From Kiloniellales bacterium (GTDB lineage Bacteria; Pseudomonadota; Alphaproteobacteria; Kiloniellales; JAKSBE01): a stretch of 64,000 nucleotides of DNA. The stretch spans positions 3,882 through 67,881 of the forward strand of contig JAKSBE010000573.1 in NCBI GenBank assembly GCA_022361275.1, given 5' to 3'. The notes below the pieces were generated by a model. The model worked only from the letters and a program-made list of their open reading frames with translations, had not been told where the DNA came from and searched no databases. Position numbers and translations under genes: made by a program. This document shows, one piece after another, positions 56,778-64,000 of this stretch; the stretch's first letter is position 1, and every line of letters starts with the position of its first letter.

Positions 56778-57392
56778 ATGAGCACAGCGGCACAGGCTTT
56801 CGGCGACGGCGCGCCCCGATGGTATCTCAAGGTCGGAGACCAGAACCACGGCCCCTACGGCCGGGACGAGATCGCCCGCTACCTCGGTGAGGGCAGGATC
56901 AGCCCGCATTCCCTGCTGGCCCGCGAGGGCAGCGATGACTGGCGCATCGCCCGCGACGACCCGGACTTGGCTCCGCTCTTCGGCCGACGGGTCGGGAGCG
57001 CGGCGCCACCGCCGCAGACCGCGCCGAGCGAGCGGGACGCCGCGCTGACCATCCCGGCGCTGCCCGACACCCTTTGGGCGCATATCGCCTATGGCCTCTA
57101 CGCCTCGCTGCTGCTCGGCGTCTCGGCGCCGCTGGTCGTCATCGCCGTCATTCTGGCCCATGTGAACCGCGACGGCGCCCGGGGCACCTGGCTCGAATCG
57201 CACTACCTCTGGCAGATCCGGACCTTCTGGATCGCCCTGCCGGTCACCCTGGTCGGCAGTTTCACGACCATCTTCCTGATCGGCTGGGTCTTCCTGGGGG
57301 CCGCCTGGCTCTGGGTCGTCTATCGGGCGATCAAGGGCTGGCTGCTGCTCTATCGGGAAGAGCCGATCAGAGATCCCAAGGCCTTCCTGTAG
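56778..57392 (+). CDS. GYF_2-like N-terminal domain / DUF4870-like membrane protein
   Basis: WYLKVGDQNHGPYGRDEIARYLGEGRISPHSLLAREGSDDWR, then three hydrophobic helices. ATG verified at 56778. Confidence 0.65.
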   Translation: MSTAAQAFGDGAPRWYLKVGDQNHGPYGRDEIARYLGEGRISPHSLLAREGSDDWRIARDDPDLAPLFGRRVGSAAPPPQTAPSERDAALTIPALPDTLWAHIAYGLYASLLLGVSAPLVVIAVILAHVNRDGARGTWLESHYLWQIRTFWIALPVTLVGSFTTIFLIGWVFLGAAWLWVVYRAIKGWLLLYREEPIRDPKAFL

Positions 57393-57426
57393 AGGCCCAT
57401 GGGGCATAGTGGGGCAATAGGCAGGC

Positions 57427-58164
57427 TCAGGCCTGCTGGCTGTTCTCCTCGCCGGTCAGGATGGTCCATTCGACCAGGCGGCGCAGGACCTTGCCGAGGG
57501 CTTCGTCGAAGGCGGCGATGATGTCGGACATGTTGTCGGCCTCGGCCAGGCCGACCTGCTCGAAGTTGGTCGAGCCGACGATCAGCCGCCGCGGCATCTG
57601 CACCAGCTTGACGTTGATCGCAACGCGGACCTGGGGGCTGCCGCCCTGGAAGTACTCGGCCTGGAACTCGCGCAGCTCCGACTTGAGGACGAAGTCCGCG
57701 CGCAGGCCGATGGCCTCACGGCCGATCGACACGATCCGGCCCGAGTTCTCGAAGGATTCGACCATCAGGGTCTGGACCATCTGCGGCGCCAGGTCGGTCC
57801 AGCTGGAGCGGGCGTAGTATTCGAGCTGCGTGGGATCGCGCTGCAGGGCGACCCGGGTCGTGTTCAGGCTGGCATCGGCGATCGGCGGCTCGAGGATCAG
57901 CTGCCAGCCGACCTGGGGCAGATCCTCGCGGAAGCGGCTCTTCGGCGTCAGGCGATAGAGGTTGGGCGGCGGCCCCTGCCCCGGCACCGAGAGTTCGCAG
58001 GCCGCAGCCAGGGCGGCCAGGGGGCCGGCCGCCGCCAAGCGGAGGAGCCGTCGCCGCGCGATCCTGTTGCCTGCGCCCAAGCCGTGCCGCCCTGCGGGCG
58101 CGGCGCCGGGCTGCCTATTGGCCGGTTTCGAGACCTGCTTCATAGCCCTGCTGTTGATCGCCAA
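57427..58164 (-). CDS. ABC-type transport auxiliary lipoprotein (PF03886-like)
   Basis: Lipobox LAAAC, then NLYRL...ILEPPIADASLNTTRVAL...YYARSSWTD. Last gene of the MCE operon. The start is probably downstream of 58164, since that ORF overlaps the MCE gene by 50 nt. Confidence 0.75.
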   Translation of the reverse strand: MAINSRAMKQVSKPANRQPGAAPAGRHGLGAGNRIARRRLLRLAAAGPLAALAAACELSVPGQGPPPNLYRLTPKSRFREDLPQVGWQLILEPPIADASLNTTRVALQRDPTQLEYYARSSWTDLAPQMVQTLMVESFENSGRIVSIGREAIGLRADFVLKSELREFQAEYFQGGSPQVRVAINVKLVQMPRRLIVGSTNFEQVGLAEADNMSDIIAAFDEALGKVLRRLVEWTILTGEENSQQA

Positions 58165-59140
58165 AGAGAAAACGCGCCGGATCCCGTTCGACTTCGGTCG
58201 CCACGCGCTGGAAAGACACCACCAGTTCGCGCGCTTCGGTCAGAAGCGTCGACAGCTCGTAGAGCCCGGTCTGCGTGAAGTCGCGGATCGGCCCGCGGTT
58301 TTCGGCCACCAGAGCCTGGGCCTCGTCGGACAGCTTGCGCATCCCGTCGGCCATGGCCCGGAGGTCGTTGATGGTCGATTCGATGTCGCCGGCGTTGTCG
58401 GCAACGACGCCGTCCAGGTTGCGGCCGACGTCCTCGAAGGCGCCGAGCATCGATTCCACCTGTTCGACGACGCCGACGACGGCGTTGTCCAGGCGTTGCG
58501 TCAAGGTCTGGACGCTTTCGGCGGCGCCACGCAGGCTCGATGCCGTCGCGGAGGCGTCGGCGATCAGCTGGTCGAGCTCATCGCGCCTTTCGGCGAGCGC
58601 CCCGGTGATGCTGGCGACGTTCTTCAGGGTGTCGGCGATCGCCTCACGGTTCTCCTCGTTCAGGATGTCGGCGACCTCGATCAGGATGTCGTCGATGCTG
58701 CCGATCAGCTTGTCGAGAGCCAGGGGCTCGGACTCGATCACCGGGAGGCGCTGACCCGCCTTGGCGACCAGCGGCGCGGCGTCATGGGTGCCCCCGGCAA
58801 GCTGGATGAAAAGGGCACCGCTGGTCAGGCTGAGCAGGCTCAGCGTCGCGACGGTGTCCGCGCGCACCGGAGTGTCGGCCTCGACCTCGATGGTCACCAG
58901 CACCCGGGCGACGTCGGTGGGATCGATCACGATGGAGGTCACCTCGCCGACGGTGATGCCGCGATACTTGACCGGGCCGCCGACCTGCAAGCCGTTCACC
59001 GAATCTTCGAAGTAGATGTCGTAGCGGGCGAACTGGGTGTCGAACTGGACCTTGGCCAGCCAGATCACGAAGCCGATCAGGCCGAGGATCAGGGCCAGGA
59101 CGAAACTGCCGACCAGAAGATAGTTGGCGCGAGTCTCCAT
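58115..59140 (-). CDS. MlaD/MCE-domain protein
   Basis: N-terminal TM, then the MCE domain (YDIYFEDSVNGLQVGGPVKYRGITVGEVTSIVID). Confidence 0.85.
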   Translation of the reverse strand: METRANYLLVGSFVLALILGLIGFVIWLAKVQFDTQFARYDIYFEDSVNGLQVGGPVKYRGITVGEVTSIVIDPTDVARVLVTIEVEADTPVRADTVATLSLLSLTSGALFIQLAGGTHDAAPLVAKAGQRLPVIESEPLALDKLIGSIDDILIEVADILNEENREAIADTLKNVASITGALAERRDELDQLIADASATASSLRGAAESVQTLTQRLDNAVVGVVEQVESMLGAFEDVGRNLDGVVADNAGDIESTINDLRAMADGMRKLSDEAQALVAENRGPIRDFTQTGLYELSTLLTEARELVVSFQRVATEVERDPARFLFGDQQQGYEAGLETGQ

Positions 59141-59143
59141 GCG

Positions 59144-59938
59144 TCATACCCCCACGCGCTCGATCACGTCATCCCCCAAGGCAGCCCGGCCACGAGGCCC
59201 TCGGAAGTAATCCTGAATCCAGGGATGGGGATCCTCCATCAGCTCGGCAATGGTGCCGACCTTGACTTTTTTGTCAACAAGCACCGAGACCCGGTCGCAA
59301 ATGGTGTGCAGGCTGTCCAGGTCGTGTGTCACCATCACCACGGTCAATCCCATCGCGTTGCGCAAGTCGAGGATCAGCTGATCGAAGTTGGCCGCGCCGA
59401 TCGGGTCCAGCCCCGCCGTCGGTTCGTCGAGGAACACGATCTCCGGATCCAGCGCCAGCGCCCGCGCCAGGCCGGCCCGCTTGCGCATCCCGCCCGAGAG
59501 CTCCGAAGGGTACTTGCCGCAAGCCTCGGGCGGCAGACCGACCATCTGGATCTTGAGCGCCGCCAGCTCGCCGCTGAACGCCGCCGGCAGCTTGAGGTGC
59601 TCTTTCATCGGGACGGCGATGTTCTGGCCGACCGTGAGCGAGGAGAAGAGCGCGCCGTCCTGGAACAGGACGCCCCAACGGCGCTGCAGCTCCAGGCGCT
59701 CGCGGGCGGAGAGCGCGTCCAGATCGCGGCCGAGGACCTCGATCCGGCCGGCGGCCGGAGTGATCAACCCGATGACGGTCCGCAGCAGAACCGACTTGCC
59801 GGTGCCCGAGCCGCCGACGATCCCCATGATCTCGCCGCGCCGGACCTCGAAGTCGAGGCCGTCGTGGATGATCTGGCGGCCGAACTGGGTCCGCAGGCCG
59901 GTGACCCGGATGACGCTTTCCCGGTGTTGCGCGTTCAT
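59144..59938 (-). CDS. ABC transporter ATP-binding protein (MlaF-like)
   Basis: Walker A GGSGTGKS, LSGGMRKRAGLARAL, VFLDEPTAGLDP. Confidence 0.9.
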   Translation of the reverse strand: MNAQHRESVIRVTGLRTQFGRQIIHDGLDFEVRRGEIMGIVGGSGTGKSVLLRTVIGLITPAAGRIEVLGRDLDALSARERLELQRRWGVLFQDGALFSSLTVGQNIAVPMKEHLKLPAAFSGELAALKIQMVGLPPEACGKYPSELSGGMRKRAGLARALALDPEIVFLDEPTAGLDPIGAANFDQLILDLRNAMGLTVVMVTHDLDSLHTICDRVSVLVDKKVKVGTIAELMEDPHPWIQDYFRGPRGRAALGDDVIERVGV

Positions 59939-61122
59939 ATCCCGATCACCGAGGCGAAGACCGACAGCACGGCGTCGATCACGATCACGAGGAAGATGGC
60001 CTCGACCACCGAGCGGGTCGTCTGTTCACCGACCGACGCCGCGTCGCCCTTGACCTTCAGGCCCTCGAAGCAGCCGACCATGGCGATGACGAAGGCGAAG
60101 GGCACGGCCTTGCAGACGCCGAACCAGAAGGTGCTGAGGGTGACCGCGTCGTTCAGCTGGCGCAGGAACTGCACGAAGGAGATGTCCAGGGCGGCGTTGG
60201 CCATGACCGCGCCGCCGAGCAGGCCCATGATGTCGGCATAGAAAGTCAGCAGCGGCAGGGTGATCGAGAGCGCGATGACCCGCGGCACGACCAGGACCTC
60301 GATCGGATCGAGGCCGATGGTCATCATGGCGTCGACCTCCTGGTTCACCTTCATCGTGCCGATCTGCGCGGTGAAGGCGCTGCCCGAGCGGCCGGCGACG
60401 ATGATCGCGGTCAGGATCACGCCCATCTCGCGCAGCACGCCGATGCCGACGATGTTGACGGTGAAGATCTCGGCGCCGAACTTGGCCAGCTGGTCGGCGC
60501 TCTGATAGGCCAGGACGATGCCGATCAGAAAGCTGAGCAGCCCGACGATCGGCATGGCGTTGAGCCCGGTCGATTCCATGTGGCTGACGATGGACACCAG
60601 GCGGAGCCGCCGCGGCTGGACCAGGCTGCGGCCCAGGGTCACCAGCAGGAGGCCCAGGAAGTTGACCAGCTCCGCCGCGGCCCGCACCACCGAGAAGGTC
60701 CCGGCGCCGAGGCGCTCGATCATCGCGACGACCGGGTTGACGTAGGGCGGCTCGATCGGCGGATGCGCGACGTCGTGACGCGTGACCTTGGCCAGGAGCG
60801 TGGCGACCGCCTCGGTCGCGCCGGTGACCTCGACCGCGAGGCCGGCCGCTTCCTGCGCCTTGACCTCGCGCTGGATCAGCCAGGCCCCGGCGGTATCGAT
60901 GCGGCCCAGGTTCGCCAAGTCGAAGCGGAGCCGTTCGGCCCCGCCGCGGAGCGGGACGCCTCCGAGCTGCGCCGAGAGCGCCCGCTCGCAGGCGACGAGC
61001 GACGGCGCGGTCCAGTCGCCCCGCAGGATCAGCGCCCGGGCGCCCGCCTGCTCCCGCACCTCGACCGGTCCGGCCGGCCGCGAGGCGGCGTCTCTCCCTG
61101 CCTCTTCGCTCAAGCTCGCCAA
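59935..61122 (-). CDS. MlaE-family ABC permease with N-terminal STAS-like extension
   Basis: C-terminal about 260 aa match the MlaE permease pattern. N-terminal about 120 aa resemble the STAS/anti-sigma-antagonist extension seen in this family. Confidence 0.85.
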   Translation of the reverse strand: MASLSEEAGRDAASRPAGPVEVREQAGARALILRGDWTAPSLVACERALSAQLGGVPLRGGAERLRFDLANLGRIDTAGAWLIQREVKAQEAAGLAVEVTGATEAVATLLAKVTRHDVAHPPIEPPYVNPVVAMIERLGAGTFSVVRAAAELVNFLGLLLVTLGRSLVQPRRLRLVSIVSHMESTGLNAMPIVGLLSFLIGIVLAYQSADQLAKFGAEIFTVNIVGIGVLREMGVILTAIIVAGRSGSAFTAQIGTMKVNQEVDAMMTIGLDPIEVLVVPRVIALSITLPLLTFYADIMGLLGGAVMANAALDISFVQFLRQLNDAVTLSTFWFGVCKAVPFAFVIAMVGCFEGLKVKGDAASVGEQTTRSVVEAIFLVIVIDAVLSVFASVIGI

Positions 61123-61245
61123 GGCTTACCTTTCCACGGACCAGCATGCCGCATTGGCAGCATAGCGGAACTTCGATGCAATGGAAGTTCAAGCGGTTAC
61201 ACGCGGCGGCCCGGCGCCGACCCCGGACCGAGGGATTTTCGGCGC

Positions 61246-62055
61246 TCAGAGGCGCTCGACGGCGCCGACGCCGGCCCCGGCGACGAAGAGATCGACGTCG
61301 CGCAGAACTTCCGAGAACACCACCTCGGGGACCGACGCCAGGGGCAGGCGTTCGCCGTCAAGATCGCGGAAGCAGACCTGATCGGTCGTCAGATGGGGAA
61401 GATCGGCGGCGGCCGGCCCTGCCGTCGCCAGAGGCGCGATCCAGAACTCGGCGGTGAGGCCCCAGGCCTCGAGGGCCAGGGTCGGCACGTTGAAGCCGCC
61501 GGCCATGCCCTGCAGTTCATAGCTCCAGCCGCGCTGGCGGCAGAGCATTGCGAAGCGCTCCTGGTCGAGGGTATGAGCCGCGAAGCGCTTGGAATAGCTG
61601 CCGGTGCGCCGATCCGTTTCGGTCAGGGCATAGCTCTCCCGGTGGGCCTGCCGAAAGGGCTGGCTGATCCCCAGGGCCTGCAGGCGGTGGCGCCAGGCCA
61701 GCACCTCCTCCGCAGAGGCCGTCACCGGATGCCAGAGGACGATGCCGGCCTCGCCGGACGGCGCTTCGATCTCGCGGTCCTGGAGACCGCGCAGGCCGCC
61801 GTCGCTCGGCATGCCGCCGCAGGGCGCGCCGGCCCCCTCGAAGCTCCAGATCAGGCTACCCGTGATCGACGCCAGCTCGGCATCCTCGGCATAGCCCGCC
61901 CGCCAGGCCGCGTAGGTCAGCCGCTGCCGGGCGAGAAAAAGGGATTCGATCTTGCGGAGGACGGAATCTCTGTTGGACACAGCCGAGTCGGGAGGCGAAA
62001 GCGGGCACCTGCCAAGCCCGGGGCTTCGCCTTGAGGCCGCCGGATCTGCCGTCAT
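61246..62055 (-). pseudogene. DUF4132-domain gene fragment (both ends apparently missing)
   Basis: ISQPFRQAHRESYALTETDRRTGSYSKRFAAHTLDQERFAMLCRQRGWSY...AEFWI...VFSEVLRDVDLFV is the DUF4132 core. Full-length members are much longer and continue past the DVDLFV motif. Confidence 0.55.
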
Positions 62056-62350
62056 TCCGCCTCCCTCGACACACCCGAAAAGACCGCGGCGAGACGCCCC
62101 GGTCTCCGGCCGGAAACTCCATTTTGGTCAACCGCTTGCCGACGCACCCCGGATGGCTGTGCCCGGTTCCGGGGCGGCGCTGCGTCAACGCGACAAGCTA
62201 GCGCCGTGAGGTTAAGAGCATGCCAGGCATCGCAGCCACCGGTTGTGATAAATACCACTGCGTCGTCGCGCCCAGCATGCCAATGCGAGTCCCCGCAGGG
62301 CGCGCGATCATCGCCTGCCGGCGCACCGCGGCCCGTTGCTGACGCGGGTC

Positions 62351-62489
62351 AGTCGTAGCCGAAGAGCCCGGCGCCGAAGAGCCCGGCCGTGGTGCCGTCG
62401 TGGAGGGAGAAGCCGCGATTGCGCCAAGCCGGCGCCTCGCGGTCGAGAGGCGCCGGGAAGCGCGCGGGCGTCGGGATCTCCTGCGCCAT
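62351..62489 (-). CDS. candidate small protein (46 aa)
   Basis: Not in the ORF track because it is under 60 aa. Sequence MAQEIPTPARFPAPLDREAPAWRNRGFSLHDGTTAGLFGAGLFGYD. GGAGGGG lies about 9 nt upstream. Almost every codon ends in G/C. Starts 6 nt after the upstream gene's stop. Confidence 0.3.
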
Positions 62490-62495
62490 GGCCGC

Positions 62496-62879
62496 TCACC
62501 CCTCCGGCAGCGCTTCGACCAGGACCTCGTCCCCGGCCTCGACGGCATCGAAGATCCGGACGTCACCCAGGGCGGCGGCCCAGACGTTGGCCGGCGAGGC
62601 CAGCCGGATCTCGTCGCCGCGCGAGACCGGGGTCGGCCCATAGCCGATCGCAATGGCGTCGCCATCGATCCAAAAGACGATCTCGCCGGCCTCGACGACG
62701 CTGCGCGCCTCCGGCTCCGGCTCGACCGAGACCGGGGTCGAGAAATAGACCTCGTCGCCCCAGGTCAGGGCTTCGGACTCGATGGGCAGGGCGGACCAGA
62801 TCGCCGCCGCCGTCGGTGTCTCCAGAAGCTCGACCGCCAGCGCGACCTCGCCGATGGTGATGCGAACCCGTCGCGGCAT
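62496..62879 (-). CDS. cyclophilin-like-fold protein (DUF3830-like)
   Basis: 127 aa. VRITIGEVALAVELLETPTAAAIWSALP...TWGDEVYF...IVFWIDGDAIAIGYGPTP resembles the cyclophilin-like superfamily of small proteins. Confidence 0.7.
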   Translation of the reverse strand: MPRRVRITIGEVALAVELLETPTAAAIWSALPIESEALTWGDEVYFSTPVSVEPEPEARSVVEAGEIVFWIDGDAIAIGYGPTPVSRGDEIRLASPANVWAAALGDVRIFDAVEAGDEVLVEALPEG

Positions 62880-62911
62880 CCGTCTCTATCCTCCCGAGTA
62901 TGACGGCCAGT

Positions 62912-64000
62912 CTACACGCCCTCTTGTGGAATCGACAGTGGGAGTCGCGCCGGCCGCAACGCCCGCAGCCGGTCGATGAAGCGCCAGGTCAGGGCGAAGG
63001 CGGCGGTCGCCAGGCCGAAGGCCAGGCCGATCCAGACCCCCACCCCGCCCCAGCCGAACTGGAAGCCGAAGACCAGGGCCGCGCCGTAGCCCACCAGCCA
63101 GTAGCTGACCCCGGCCAGCAGCATGGGGATCCGCGTGTCCTTCAGCCCGCGCAGGGCGCCGTTGGCGATGCACTGGGCGCCGTCGACCAGCTGGAACACG
63201 GCCGCGATGCCGAGGAAGGCCACGGCGAAGTCGAGCGCCGCCGCGTTCGCCGGGTCCGCCGAATCGAGGAAGACCCCGGCCAGGGGCCGTGCCCAGAGCC
63301 AGAACACCAGGGCCGGCAGCACCATGAATCCGCAGCCCCAGACCAGGGCGGTCCAGCCGGCCCGGGCCGCGCCGGCGGCGTCGCGCGTGCCGACGGCCAG
63401 ACCGACCCGCACGGTCGCCGCCTGGCCGAGCCCGTAGGGGATCATGTAGGCGATGGCGGCGCATTGGATCGCCACCGCGTGGGCGGCCAGTTGGGCCTCG
63501 CCGAGCCAGCCCAGCAGCAGGCTGGAGCCGAGGAAGAGGCCGATCTCGGCGAGCACGGTGCCGGCGATCGGCAGGCCGACTCTGAAGATCTCGCGGTAGC
63601 GGGCCCAGTCGGCGCGCCAGATTCGGGCCAGGATACGATAGCGGCGGAAGCGCCGGTCGGTCAGCACGAAGACGAGCAGCGCCGTCGCCGCGAAGCTCTG
63701 CACCGCGGCGCTGGAGATCCCGGCGCCGACCAGCTCCAGCCGCGGCAGGCCGAAGTTGCCGAACATCAGGCCGTAGTTGCCCAGGGCGTTGACGGCGATC
63801 GCGACCAGGGTGACGCAGAGGACCGCCCGGGGCCTGGAATGCGCGCTGCAGAAATGCGCCAGGACCAGGAACCAGAGCCCGGGCAGGTAGCCCCAGACCC
63901 GGGCGTCCAGGTAGGATTCCGTGAGCGGGGTCAGCGCCGCCGACTGGCCCAGGAGCTCGAGGATCGGCCGGGTGTTGAGCACCAGGACCACCCCGGGCAG
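62912..64000 (-). CDS. MATE-family efflux transporter (5' end outside window)
   Basis: Multiple TM helices with a MATE/NorM-like pattern. The ORF runs off the right edge. Confidence 0.85.
   Translation of the reverse strand: MPGVVLVLNTRPILELLGQSAALTPLTESYLDARVWGYLPGLWFLVLAHFCSAHSRPRAVLCVTLVAIAVNALGNYGLMFGNFGLPRLELVGAGISSAAVQSFAATALLVFVLTDRRFRRYRILARIWRADWARYREIFRVGLPIAGTVLAEIGLFLGSSLLLGWLGEAQLAAHAVAIQCAAIAYMIPYGLGQAATVRVGLAVGTRDAAGAARAGWTALVWGCGFMVLPALVFWLWARPLAGVFLDSADPANAAALDFAVAFLGIAAVFQLVDGAQCIANGALRGLKDTRIPMLLAGVSYWLVGYGAALVFGFQFGWGGVGVWIGLAFGLATAAFALTWRFIDRLRALRPARLPLSIPQEGV

Noticed and set aside
62198-62903. ORFs 62198..62665 (minus), 62336..62860 and 62400..62903 (plus) overlapping the cyclophilin-like gene.
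   Set aside because: These are Arg/Pro-rich shadow frames. The 62496..62879 frame has the recognisable fold signature.

Overview
High-GC bacterial chromosome segment. Gene content and the helicase / S4 protein / fdxA / carD synteny suggest an alphaproteobacterium, possibly Rhodospirillales-like, but that is inference only. I support about 60 protein genes, one tRNA, one intact IS element and several gene remnants. Core housekeeping and environmental-response genes include a Suv3-like helicase, fdxA, carD, pip, glutathione peroxidase, clpS, two GSTs, an FeS-type photolyase, bactofilins, a nitrile-hydratase-like enzyme and an Mla/MCE lipid-transport operon. Two lower-GC accessory insertions flank an eamA transporter gene. 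(1) About 13.7 kb lies directly 3' of tRNA-Arg(CCU). It holds an IS481 copy, an IS1380 transposase fragment, AT-rich debris, an asnB-like fragment, a Dpp-type ABC importer plus phosphodiesterase operon with a DeoR regulator, and decayed HNH/HsdR restriction genes. (2) About 5.4-5.9 kb is bracketed by the intact eamA 3' end and a decayed second copy of that 3' end. It carries agmatinase and a three-gene envelope module: a transmembrane Ser/Thr kinase with a periplasmic beta-helix-like domain, a TlpA-like thioredoxin, and a Cys-containing OmpA-like protein. I rate this module the best candidate for an undescribed system, but only moderately. Other points worth a look: a three-ORF (split-beta) nitrile-hydratase-like locus, a soluble chemoreceptor with its sensor domain C-terminal to the signalling domain, a tandem pair of orphan LivK-like binding proteins next to an MCP, two promoter-plus-terminator units that could be small RNAs, a metallophosphatase homologue with degenerate catalytic motifs, and many two-copy 13-20 bp tandem duplications, one of which duplicates a start codon. 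No CRISPR array, rRNA or intact prophage was seen. All homology calls come from motif recognition by eye, with no searches run. Many long ORFs in the track are antisense or off-frame shadow ORFs typical of high-GC DNA and were ignored.
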